A DNA stretch of 63,620 nt, counting the filler, from Choristocarpus tenellus KU-1152 (Eukaryota > Protista > Phaeophyceae): the NCBI GenBank assembly GCA_964200185.2. It is 12 parts of 12 records of this genome, joined end to end, with 100 filler letters (N's around TTAATTAATTAA, not from the genome) between each part and the next. Parts side by side here need not be neighbours in the genome. Positions count along the whole stretch, not along the records: positions 16,676 to 28,222 come from CAXNAD020002262.1; positions 28,323 to 30,958 come from CAXNAD020026077.1; positions 31,059 to 39,416 come from CAXNAD020004815.1; 9 more parts are not named here. One strand, given 5' to 3'. Positions 22,856 through 35,154 of the stretch are shown piece by piece. The notes beneath the pieces were generated by a model. The model had not been told where the DNA came from, made no database searches, and saw only the letters and a program-made list of their open reading frames with translations. Each line of letters starts with the position of its first letter. The stretch's first letter is position 1. The translations under genes were made by a program, and so were the position numbers.

Positions 22856-25735
22856 ATGGCTCCCCACTGGGCACTCATCACCGCGGTCACCCTGATGCTG
22901 TGGAGTTTCCGTTCGCAGGCGTTCTTGGCGGGACCCTTGGTTGAATCACTGGGAAAAGTTGCCTGCTTGCGTTGTGTTACCTCCAAATCATTGCCTTGTC
23001 AGGCGGTTAACGAAGGGGTTGACCTAGACAGTTTCTCTGCGTCCGAGATTTCAGTGGATGATACACAGGAGGGCTCGACGAACAGCAAGCGATTGTTAAC
23101 AATGAAGGAGCTGAAGACTGGGCAGGCCCTCCTAGGATTCGTCGTAGAAACCACCAATTACGCAGCGTTCGTCGATGTGAACGTTGTACGGGCAGGGACT
23201 CAGGTGGGCTGTGGTTACCCTCTTTTCATTGTGCATGTCTATGTGCAGTTAAAGCGCAAGTATGTGCACCTCCTTGTGCACCTCATGATCTACTCGTGGC
23301 TAGACTGTAAGAATCCATGGGCTACTATTCCTGGGAACAGTACCGAAATCTATTGCTTCGCTTGTGCTTTCACAATGCCCGCTAGTCATTCCTATACGTT
23401 TGGGTTACGCCAAAAGTTAGCCAAGCTACTGAGCGGGTTGCAGGTTTATTGGATTTCTACAAGTTTATCGCATCGCCATCTACTAAGCATCGCGTCGATC
23501 CAAACCTGATAAAAACACTGCAGTACACGGCGGGCCTAAGTCACGCTGCCCAAATGGTTATCTGTTGTGGATGCATCTTCAACTCTTACCCTGACCCACC
23601 CATGGCTTTGTGATGCTATCGCTCCTTCTCTGAGTTCACCCCACCTCCCCTACCTCCCTTGCTTCGTGGTTGATGCAGGGCAAGTTGGTGCCAGTGACTG
23701 GCTTCCTTCACATGACGGACATACATGCCCCCTACGCCTTGGAGAATACACAAAGGGCCAGCAATACGGATTGCGGTGTAGTCGTGAAGAAGGATATGCA
23801 CCTCACCGCCTATGTCAAAGATGTATTCCCCAACTCAGGCCGCCTCACACTCTCCCTGGATCCAGCCTTGGACCGAACAAAGGCAAGCCAGTAAATATAT
23901 GAATGCAAATTTTGGTGGATGAGGAGGGATAAGTATTGTGTTAGCGCTATTGTTCATCTCAGTCAGTCCATGTATTGCCACCAGTGGTGTCAATAGTTCA
24001 TGAGCTGCACTTGCTACAAACCAATAGATTGGGTATTTGTTGGGACTCCATGGCCATTTTGTCTGTAATAGAACATTTGTATGAGTCGATTTTCTTACTC
24101 CATGTAAATGTCTGCTTGTGAACTCACTGTCTAAACCATTTGAATCCTCTGGCAATGGTGTTATTGTCATATTTTGATCCAGAGGGCGCTCATTTGGAGT
24201 TGGAAACCTGCCCCAACTTAAAAACTTTGTTGTAGGTTCTCCCTGGTTTCTTGTCAACTGTCCCATGTCATGTTGTCTTCACCTTTGATGCAGGTTCGAA
24301 ACAGACGCATGGGTATGAGAGCAAAGGCACACTCCTTTCGCCGCCGCCGCCGAATAGGAACCAGAGAAGATGTGAAGGAGGGGCAATTAGTTCAGGGTTA
24401 CGTGACGAAGGTAAATGCCAAGATAGTTCCATGTGTTAGCATGTACTACAGGCTCATATTGTGAGCATGAGTATCTAAACTTGCAACTTGCATGAGGGGC
24501 AGGTGTGTTGAACGGCATGTCTGCTGTAAGTACAACTGTGCAAACAAGCCTGCTACCATTCACAACCCTGTACATCATGAAGTGAGCTACCTACCCTTGC
24601 ACAAGTGGGGCTTTGTATTTTTCAACTGGATGCTGCTCTTGGGTTCCAAGGTGCAGCAGAGCAGGGGAATGTCATTTTGTGAGCATACCACTGGGTATCA
24701 TAGTGACTGAATAGCAATACAGTTCCCCCTGTTTCTTCCTAGGTGTACAACAGTTGATTGACATACTTGGTATGTGTTTTTGGGTTCCAGCACCCAAAGG
24801 AGGTTAGGAGTCAACAGATTTACCCTGCCATCTCACATGAAAGAAGAGAAGCGTTTGCCGGCATGTTCCCCTTGTGTGATAGAGCACCTCTTGCTTTTCC
24901 CCAACTCTTGCACATCTCCATCAGCTTACCAATGTTGTTCATGATATCCCTTGCCCACAGGTTACGGAAGAGAAAATGTTGGTTGATATCATGCTTCCTA
25001 AACAGGCTGTCATATGGTCAAAGTCTCTCGGAGAATCCCTGGGCATGAGGGAGCCCATTGCAGACCTGAGGCTACACACAAAGCGGGGGGATAAGATATC
25101 TGCCAGGGTGAAATATTTATCAGGTGATGGAATAGTTTCAAATGAGTATCCTTGCCTGTATGGTGAAGATGGTGAGTTGGAGGTAGGACTAGGGATAGAC
25201 TGAAAGCAATATCTTGGTTATGGTGACATGGTTTCTAAAAAAGGAAAGTGTGGTGAAAGGTTGTGTGTTAATGGTATTTCTGGGTACTGCACACTGTAGA
25301 TGAAATTTATTATCTCATCTGTTAAGAGGGTGAGAATCACCTCTCACTGTGGTGATGGGACTTTCAAAGCACCAATGGCGCTTCTTCTGATGGATTGACA
25401 TTGCAGTTGGGTTTTGGTTGGTTACAATATCTCATTAAAGAATCACACGCTCTATTATTGTGACTATTCTTTCTTTTTGGGGGAAGGTGTGTTGCAGAAT
25501 GAATTGTCCAATCCAGTAGATCAGGGACTACTGCGATAGATTCAGGGATGTGAGGTCAAGTGCAAGTATCTAATCATCACATTTTTGTCACTCCTTTTCC
25601 CTCTCTGCCCTCTTTGCATCCTTGACATCTTGTTTGTTGCCTGGAGTAGAAGTAGGTGACAAGGCCTACCTTGAATTCATCAATTGGGGTGGCCTGAGCA
25701 AAGAGGAGTCGTCCCAGGAGGGAGATGGGGACTAA
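22856..25735 (+). CDS. Plastid-targeted S1 RNA-binding domain protein (two S1-like repeats). Exons: 22856-23203, 23679-23882, 24294-24410, 24961-25171, 25650-25735
   Basis: Signal peptide ending SQA-FLA. S1 motifs ELKTGQALLGFVVETTNYAAFVDV...GFLHMTDI...AYVKDV..GRLTLSL and DVKEGQLVQGYVTKV..MLVDI...GDKISARV. Phases are consistent; the last junction is less certain. Confidence 0.85.
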
Positions 25736-28027
25736 ATGAGGTTACTTTGAAGAGTCTGGACTAGTTGTGGGATAGCTGGGGATGGGACATGTTGTGCGTC
25801 ATTAATGAGCAGCTGTGGCATAGTTCATGCCTGTAATGCACCTTCTGACTTGCCGAAGAGCATGAAAGTCTAATCAATTTAATTTCAATCCTCTCAAGGA
25901 AATGCATTACAGTTACACTGGTACTTCAAATCTCTTTATATGGTACTCTTTCTGGTAGATTAATACAGTGCCTGGAAATGATTATCGACTTTGAGATGTA
26001 CTATATTTTTATATTTTTGTCTTGTAGTGAGGTACCCCACATTTAAATTATATCCTTCGGCTATTTTCAATACATTCAACAAGATAGAATTAGTAAGGAT
26101 CAACTCCTGAATGATCTCCCTTCCTATAAAGGTGGGTAGTTTTACATTCACTGTTAGCAGTTGACAATGGTTTCCCATTGAACAAGAGCAAAGATCTACC
26201 TCTTTTGTTGAAATCCTCCTGTCTTGCAACCATGTAAAGGTGAGGCTTACCATGGCAGGCACTATCCTGTCACTTGAATTTTATGTTGCGGTATGAACTA
26301 GTAGAAAGTAAATTTGGTCTGTGTGGCGGTGCCCACTACATCACCCTTGAGGGAATGCTGTTTATTACCATCTCCAGAAATGAGACGGGCACTAGACTGA
26401 GGAAAGGTAAGTTTGGAAGAGATTCGTATTTCCTAAGGTCGTTTGAGGTGAGTTGGTATATGTGCTGTAGAGTAAGAGTATGTGTGTGGCTTGTGATGAA
26501 AGAAGTGCTTGCCACTGAACAGAGAGATTGCAAGGTCTGAGATATAATGCCAGCAAACTTCAATTTGTGAGGCACACAACAGTTCCAGCAACAGGCATGT
26601 TACCCCTCAGGCTTAAACTTCGTGTATGCATACAAAGATGTAGAGAAGTACAAGGTTGCGTAGTGAATTTTAAATTCAACGTTGAAATGCAAGGGTTACA
26701 ACAGAAAGATATTGATGTGATCTTGAAGAAGGCAAGTGCAAGGGAAAGGGAAGACGGAAGAGAACACTATGCAGTACTGTGAGATAAAAAAAGTGCGATT
26801 TTCAGTTGGCAGAATAACTCTTTTCGGAATATAATACACATGTGGAAAAAACTCGGATGATCAGGTTACCCCTTAAACATACCAGTTTTCAATAGTGTTC
26901 TGGTTTAGTTGGAGACGCAGTATAACCAAAATAAACCGTTGAAAGTAGTAGATGTGGGGTAGGATCATCGTTCTTGGTAATTGCATAATGTCACATCATT
27001 CCACCAACCGCCAATTTCTTAGTTGCCAGAAGCAGGAGGTTTTCCAATTGATTGGCAACCTACATGAAGAAAGGGTTCTATTTGAAACGCTGTTCTGCGA
27101 TGCCCAACTTGTATTTTACTCTGGTGTACTTAGGACGAGGAATTTTTATTTATGAAAGGTAAACAGAACAACATAGTGATACTACTATTAAGGTTATACT
27201 GCAAATATCAATAGTAGGATGGTGAAAGCAAAGTCATCTTCACCCCCCTCAAAAAATTAGACACATATCCATTCTCAGCTCCATTGGATTGAGGTCCCTT
27301 CCCCTTGTTAAGTATGCCTCCAATCCAGGATGGTTGAGTGGGAAAGAAGAAATAATCCCAAATGGACAATGGATTATGCCGTAACTCTATCCAATTTGAT
27401 GTATTGATTAGTTTATTATTACACATTTACTTGGTGGGTGGTGGATTAAGGTCAAGCATTGGCAAGTATTGTCAATGAGAAAAAGTAACATACAACATGG
27501 TTGACAAGAAGAGAGGAGAAAAATACGGACCAGAGTATATGCAAAGGTTGTATAGTTTGTTTCTTTGACAAGAGGGGTTTTGACAGCAACCCTGGCTAGA
27601 AGTACATGTCCCAAATCAGCGTACAGCAAGGGCAATCCAGAGAATTGGGGAATACAGATCTATATATGCTGGTCCCCTGGGTTTGTCTGCCCAACCCCTG
27701 TATAGGAAGGCTGTAAAATTTATCATGGAGTGCAAATATGTTGATTATCATCCTTCCCTCAACACATGGAAAGATGCAATCAATGCCCATGGCGGGGAAA
27801 AATAATCTTTAGAGAGGTAGCTACCTTTCCCTGAGCACAAGACTTCAGTACTGAAGTGTACCCCAATCGGAATTTGGAATTTGGAAAAAAACAAACACTG
27901 AAGCCTGCTTGCTATTCAGCCCACTTCAAAGACCTGGGTGGGTCACATCTGCACCCTCAGGCAGTTCCACACAACGATCATCTATACCTACAAAAACTCA
28001 GAGAGTGTTTATTTGTTGGAAAATGGA

Positions 28028-28211
28028 GTCTCAAAGTATCTGGGGGGAAGGTGGTGGTTGTCCATTTGGGGCCCATTTTTTCATGTCGCGATTTTTGGGT
28101 GATTTGGTTGCATACGTTGGATGGATAATGTAAGTGCACTTTTCCTGGTTATGGCCCAAATAGACACCTTGGTATAGACCCCCCCCGCCCCCCCCCCAGA
28201 TTCTTTGGGTC
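28028..28211. mobile_element. MITE family A copy
   Basis: CAAAGTATCTGGGGGG...CCCCCCAGATTCTTTG TIRs. Partial ends of the family are also at 28323-28354, 39395-39416, 44394-44432 and 56372-56408. Confidence 0.9.
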
Positions 28212-29262
28212 TCTTGTCCTTANNNNNNNNNNNNNNNNNNNNNNNNNNNNNNNNNNNNNNNNNNNNTTAATTAATTAANNNNNNNNNNNNNNNNNNNNNN
28301 NNNNNNNNNNNNNNNNNNNNNNGTGTAGACCCCCCCCCCCAGATAATTTGGGTTTGACTTTTTCCAATTTTGTTAAGAGTGGGGTAGGTTATTTTACTTT
28401 TGGCGAAGGCGAAGAAAGAACAAGGAAACACCTTACAGACACTGGACAATGATGCCACTGCAAGGGTTCTTTTCCTGAATTTTGATTAGAGTGAATCTTC
28501 GATGACTTCTTGTTGATTATTATTCCGGTGTGAAGTAATCCCGGGCATGTGAGACCTGCCAAAACCTTTCATCCATGGAGATTGAAGCAGCTTTAGAAGG
28601 TTGGGGAAGGGCTTCTGCGGCGTGAACTTGTGTTAAGTTAAGCAGGGTGGACCTTTATGGTCTGTTGTGGGTGTTGTGCATGTTTGGAATAGTAGATGTC
28701 ATGGGTGTGCTGGCATGTTCCAGTTTATAGGGGGGTACGGTTTTCTGTATCACTTGATAATGCAATTGCAATGCTTGATTCTTCCATAGAGGTGGTGAGT
28801 CATTTTCCTTTCACCCCACTTTGTTCCCCCTCCAGACCTTGAACAGGAGGTATGCCCCTTTTTGTTAACTGTTCTAAATTGTAAGTATGCTCGTAATGTG
28901 TTTGGGATGGACCTAGAAGGTGAAAAGCAAAACTATTTTTCTGACAAGAGTTGCCAAGGTAATGAATGACCCTTCCCCAGGTGTGTGATGGGCTTGTTTG
29001 AGGTGATGGTGACTGGGTTTACTATGAATGTGATTTGTTTTTTTTTGGTGTTATTTGAGGACATGGTAACGTAACAAACTCCGTCGTATATAATATATAT
29101 ACATAAATTTATAAACAAAAGTTTGATACTGAACATATCATGAACTGCAAGAAAGACCAGTCACTACTACTCATCAATTTCATCCCCATTACACTGACCA
29201 TGGTCATACTCAACAGCCTTGCTTGCATAACTGTGTGCTGGCTCCGGCGGTGGGTGGGACAG

Positions 29263-30584
29263 GGTGGGTGATATTGGACCAAAGATTGGCTTCAACACCA
29301 TGGACAACGGATTCTGCTCGTTTAATCATGTCCGCATCCCTCGTTTGAACATGGCCATGAGGCACGCTTCAGTGGATAGGCAGGGAACATACAGGAGAGC
29401 TGGAGGCAGCATTGATAAAATTGCGTACATAACTGTCATGCAGGTTGGTTGAACAAGAGTAGCGCATGATACGTGTGCTGGTTGTACATGGGTGGGGGGT
29501 ATGGGTGGAGGATAAGAATGTCGTGATGAAAGGAGAGACTGCCTGCCCTTGTTGTGTCATCGGTGCATTTTATTGGTTGGGGTGCATTTTGTTGGTTAGT
29601 TGCAGAAGCAGGCAGATATCTTAGGGTAGCATTTTGTATGTAGAGTATTATGAGTGTTTTTTGTGCGTACTAACTTTGTACATCCAAGATGGTGTCATAG
29701 TCAGTGTCCTCGCTCTCCTTGGACCAACCAAAGGACTCTTTTGTTTTTGTGGTTAGATATGCTGGGATGTATGATCGCGTTTCTGTGCTTGTAACTATTT
29801 GCTACTTGAGATGATCCATGTGACTTGCAGAGCGAATGCCAGCCCCTGCTCTCTTGCCCCTACTCCCCAACTCTCACACTATCAAGTTAGAATATCATTG
29901 ATGCGTCCTTCAGAGGCCCCACTTCCCTGCCCATCCATCCAAACCGAACCTAATAGATTCAGTCTGTTTAGCTGCGCAATGATACATACATGCCGTCAAT
30001 GGCATCGTGTTCCTCCTCTGCCATGGCCATCCCTGGTAGGTACGTGCATACCTCACTTTGCAGGCTGGCAAGGCGTTGGCGAAGGCAGTGATCATTGCTA
30101 CTCGGTACTCTGTGGTGAGACGGCAGGGTTTTAAGAAGGACCATAAGCTGAATGAGGAGCACCAGGTGAGTAGGCCAGTGATGCTGCATCCAAGGTACTT
30201 CTTTTCCTGGCTTGTTGAGGGCATGTACCGTTGTTGCCCCTGACCTTTGAACAGTAGTTTTAAGCTTGGAAGTTGTTGTGATCCATATATCTCTCTACAT
30301 TCTACCCACGTTTGTGTCTCGCCCCTGTGAGAGCTCTGTCTGTTCAGTGAATGAAGTGAATTTGTCTACCTGTGTGCTGTTTATTTCCTACAAGTATTGA
30401 TAGTCCTTTGTCGCAATTGATGCCCTCCTGGCTAATGTTACAATGATATTAATGCCACAGGTGCTGGACTACACTATTCAGATGCACAGGCTGCTCCCCC
30501 TTTTAGCGACCTCATACGCATTCCACTTCACCGGAAGGACACTCATGGCACGTCTACAGGCACTGGAGAGAGAGCATATCCATG
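29263..30584 (+). CDS. ACOX: Peroxisomal acyl-CoA oxidase, three internal exons: 29263-29443, 30040-30165, 30461-30584
   Basis: VGDIGPKIGFNTMDNGF..F.HVRIPR.NM; Y..MQVRA...LAKAVIIATRYSVVRRQ; EHQVLDYTIQMHRLLPLLATSYAFHF. Canonical GT-AG junctions in phase. Confidence 0.95.
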
Positions 30585-30617
30585 GTGAGCGCTTCAGTGC
30601 ATCATTTCATTCTGCGG

Positions 30618-30674
30618 AGTTGACTCACTAAGTTGACTCACTAAGTTGACTCACTAAGTTGACTCACTAAGTTG
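30618..30674. repeat. Perfect tandem repeat, 4.4 x AGTTGACTCACTA
   Basis: Direct reading; intronic. Confidence 0.95.
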
Positions 30675-31058
30675 CGATGTATTGCAATTTCTTCTTGGCA
30701 TGGTATTCATGTATGTGTTTGTCCCTGCTCCAGTGTGATGATGCAGGTACTGTCATGTATTGGTTGTGTTGCAGGGCCTGTGTGCAGAGGTGCACTACTC
30801 TCAGTCCAACAAGTGCGTTGGTATCTCCTATACCATATCAGTGTTTTGTATTTGTCTTGGTGTCTTGATTTAAGTTGCTTGAAGATCAATGTTGAGGCTT
30901 TGAGTGGAGATGAGTGTTTCAAATGTGAATCAGATGCAGCAAATGGCGATTCTCCCCCNNNNNNNNNNNNNNNNNNNNNNNNNNNNNNNNNNNNNNNNNN
31001 NNTTAATTAATTAANNNNNNNNNNNNNNNNNNNNNNNNNNNNNNNNNNNNNNNNNNNN

Positions 31059-31289
31059 GGGGGGGTGTGGGTGGGTGTGGGGTGGGGGTGGGGTGGGGGG
31101 GGGGGGGGGGGGGGGGGTTGGGGGGGGGGTGGTGGCTGTCCATTTAGGGTCAATATTTTCATGTCACAATTTTTTGATGATTTGGTTGTATATGTCGGAT
31201 GGATAATGTAAGTTCACTTTTCCTGGTTATGACCCAAATGGACACCCTGGCTGGTGTAGACCCCCCCCTCTCCCCAGATACTTTGAGCC
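31059..31289. mobile_element. MITE family A copy with expanded poly-G
   Basis: Homologous to 28028-28211; ends CCCCAGATACTTTGAGCC. Confidence 0.88.
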
Positions 31290-31560
31290 CGGTGGTATGG
31301 AGTGAGTGGTGTGACTCCAATTGAGGGAGTAGAGTGGATGTGAGACTAAGACGACCCTAACAGATTAATACAGAATTACTGAGAAGATAAAAAAGCATGT
31401 TTTAGAGGCAACATTGGCACCGTTGACATTTGCTTATACTCGCTAAAAACTTTGTACCTTAGATTACATAGGGATGAAGTTGTATTGATGACATAGGTTT
31501 CAACATTTAATAGTAAGTCGTATTTGCCTTTCAGATTGTATCGACCATCGTATGGAAACC

Positions 31561-31877
31561 TGTTACAGCACGCTCCAGAAGCTTACCTCCACAGGATGTA
31601 TACCTCCTGTCCACAAGCCTATAGATGACGCTGATGCACGTATAGGACTCCTGATGCACAAGTCGTCAAATATGTTGGATCTCTCATTTGGATTATTCCC
31701 TTCATAAGTATCACAAAAATCGTCATATAAAAGGAACTGGCAACGATGTACCACTTGGGGGTATGATAATAACTAAATAATAACTACGTAGTCAAGAAGT
31801 ACCAACATAAAAAGTCTAGGACTTCAAGGCCACGATAGTGTTTGTGGGACCGCCATCAAGACATATTGCCTGTAAGA
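31561..31877. mobile_element. Solo LTR, family E
   Basis: Colinear with 15253-15562 from TGTTAC.GCACGCTCCAGAAGCTTACCTCC to CCGCCATCAAGACATA.GCCTGTAA.A. No internal retroelement sequence recognised beside it. Confidence 0.85.
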
Positions 31878-33743
31878 AGCCCTCATCATTTTCATTCACC
31901 AGGTTTGTGGTTGACAGATTGTTTGCATTGACATGTCCAACAGTGCCTATTCTCCACAAGGATGGTGACCATCCTCCACTATGATTCTTCTTGTGAGTGG
32001 ATACCATTTGATCGAGTGTGCCCGTCGTTACGGTTGGTTGATGTATTTCTTAGTGAGTGCACCCTTCGTCACGATATTGTTCTGAATGATGTTTAAACGT
32101 GCATGCTCTTATTATCCTTATCTTCATACATAATATTACTATTATTACATGTAGTATTTTTCTTATCTACTTCATCTCTAAGACACGACAGCTTTTTCGA
32201 CTGCCCGGGCTTGTGCCTTGCTTCTCGGATGTTGACCTCAGCCATCCCACCACTTGTCGTCTTACCTCCTCCCTCGAATATTTTACTGGATCCACCTTAA
32301 CATCGTTCTACAATGAACCATCGCCACCACATTCTTGGTTTAGCGTTTTTGATATCAAGTGACAGATAGGACAGAATAGGTGTTCACTCTGTAGTGCTTT
32401 CCACGTGGACGTATGGTAGCCACAACCACAGTTCCATGGAAAGAAGTCTAGTTTCAATGGGGATCGAACCACCTGAGAAAGTTGTGCAAGACATCCCCCA
32501 TTATCATTCGACCAGATTTTGTGCGTGAATTGAGCACTGCTTTGGGACGAGATACCTTCTTGACTTAGATTCGATGAAGAAAAAGGACACCGTAGTTATC
32601 ACATGGCCAGAGAAATTAATCTCTTCAAACTTCCCTGGAATCAACAAAAGGCGCTCAACCATCAAGTAGCAAGCACAAATATTTGCAGTTTCTGATAATT
32701 TTGCTCTTATCCCAAGTAGTGGGTATATCAAGGTATCAACAAGACTGTAGTCCTGCATAGATAAAATAGCGCAATCAAATACCAGGTTCAGATTTGTTTG
32801 ATGGCATTATTACTTTTGCGTTTAATCAGTTGGCAACTGTCTTGTCAACTGTCTTAGTAAATTTTGGATACTAAACAAGGTGGTAGAATGAAGGAGATTG
32901 ATTTGAACCAAAATATCAGTGATCTTCAGGTGATCCCAATCATTTTGTTGTTCCAAGACAGTCGCTCATTTGTCAATCTCTCCGCAACACTTCCTCTGAT
33001 TCTCCCAAAGAATAGTACGCTTCAACGAACGTGCACGTACGATATTCGACCTGTGCACCCGGTGGGGGCACAGGGAACAGAGAGTTAATGGCATCAATGT
33101 CAGAGTCATTTTTATTTGCATGAGAATAGTTAAATTATTATGTTGCTTCTGGTAGGTATTGTTCATTCTCCCTGTCCTAAGAGAATTTTGCAAGAGATGT
33201 CGAGACTCTGCTGGTCTGTCTCTGCTCTCTACGATCTCTGCGACTCTCTACAAAAAATAACTCCCTTACATGTTGGGCATCCCATGTGTGCAACAGTGTA
33301 TTTCTACAAATTATAAAAACTTCCTCACATACAAAAGTGCACACAACAACTTTGTGAAACGGAGGGAAGCATTTGATGTCATGAAAGGACCACCTACCTT
33401 TCTTAGGGACAACAGAAAGGTGTGCCCTCTCTCACAGCGTCCTCATCATGGCTCAGTGGACTACTACTTCGAAGTACTGAGCTTTTGATTAATATGCATG
33501 ACAACAGAGGAATAGTAAGGATGTAACTTTTGCGAAATATTCTGTTCCACGACAAAACGCTTCTAGCAACAATACAAATTTACCAACCGCTCACACTTGC
33601 GAGCTCAAGGGCAGCAATGTGTGGTGCAAATTAAGAACAGGGTGACATAGGGGTTACCATAGGGCGCGAGTTGGATTAAAAAATTTCAACTATATTTCAT
33701 TTCAATTTTGTTGCTTGTTGGCAGAAGAAAATTGTTGATTATT

Positions 33744-33922
33744 GGCTCAAAGTAACTGGGGGGGGGGTGGTGGCTGTCCATTCGGGACCCGTTTTTCCAT
33801 GTCGCAATTTTTGTGTGAGTTGGTTTCATGCGTCGGATAATTTAAGTGCACTTCTCCTGGTCAGGGGTCGAATGTACACCCTGGCGTAGAGCCCTCCCCC
33901 GCTCACCCAGAAACTTTGAGCC
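33744..33922. mobile_element. MITE family A copy with 4-bp TSD (TATT)
   Basis: TATT|GGCTCAAAGTAACTGGG...CCCAGAAACTTTGAGCC|TATT. Confidence 0.9.
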
Positions 33923-35154
33923 TATTTCCAAGTGTCAATCTGCACCACCAGTCACCAGCCCCCAGTCGGAAAACGCCTTCATATTATTGTGCTTGACTAA
34001 ATGACAACTATCATGACGTAAATAAATTCGCGGGGTTTCAATCGTATCATCACAGTCAGTAAAGTATATATTTATGTTGTTCTTATGATATTCACCACAT
34101 GCATATGTGTTTGTTTCAATTTATGGAGACCTGCCTCACCTCATATTCTGTGCATCTGTTTCAACACGAACTAGCTATAAAATCTCCATCCATTTATTGC
34201 ATGATTGATATTAGTAGGTTTGGAGCTTCCCCTCTTCACTCAAATAAAATGTTGAACCATACCTCTACTATTGAGCCTTTGAGTTACTGGCTATAAAAAT
34301 ACTAATATTCTAGTTGGCTATGCAGGTAACAAAAGTCATGATATATCATGGGCATTTGAGTTAATCTGGAGAAAAGTAAGAGTTATGGCTGCAGTCTGTG
34401 GCCAGGCCCAGTCCAACCTTTGACTGCTCCTATCTTCACAACATCCTCCCATCCTCCCTGCCTTAACGGCATATCTATAGAGGAACTGTCGGTTGAAGCT
34501 GCCCAAGCAGACAGTACCAGGATTTGTTACTTTATGACGTTTCCTGTCTAGGTGACCTCTACATAGAAGAGCAACTAACAGGCGTCAAGTTGACAATAGC
34601 GTGGATTAAATTATACACTAATCGCGTAACTGTTGAGAAAGTGATGATTATCTAACATCAAGAAACTTAATGAGTCTGCGACTGAATTTGCTAGCATTTC
34701 GTCTTCCTTTCATGTTTTTTTCATTATTTGTCGAAGAAGAGCAGTCCTCTCCTTACAATCTCAAGTGACAAAAAAACACGACTGCTTATTCAGGTGTTCT
34801 AGAACGAGTGAAGAGTTGCACATGAATAATACTGTGCAGGTTCTTGAAACGCTGTACAAACAGAGGGAAGCTCCCCTGTTGAAAATCTATACATACATAC
34901 AACTGTACTGCAATAGCAGTACACAGTATATTACGATATTACATCTAAATGCTACCTTGAGTATATATCAACACGCTGAACAAGATTGTGGAGTGAAAAA
35001 CAGTCCGTGTACTTTGAGTTGAAATACAGAAATTGTAAATAGCCACCACCAGTAGGGCTCTTAGGTCCAGTTTTGAAGGGTAAAAAGCTCTACACGACAA
35101 CGACTACACGAAACAGGAAGTCCATTCTCGTCAAAAGAGCTCACATGAGTGCTC

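Noticed and set aside
23204-23509. C-terminal half of the 217-aa ORF 22856-23509
   Set aside because: Read-through into intron 1; the S1 domain continues in the exon at 23679.
32455-32475. GGTTCGATCCCC B-box (minus strand) as a tRNA or SINE
   Set aside because: No cloverleaf or properly spaced A-box could be built.
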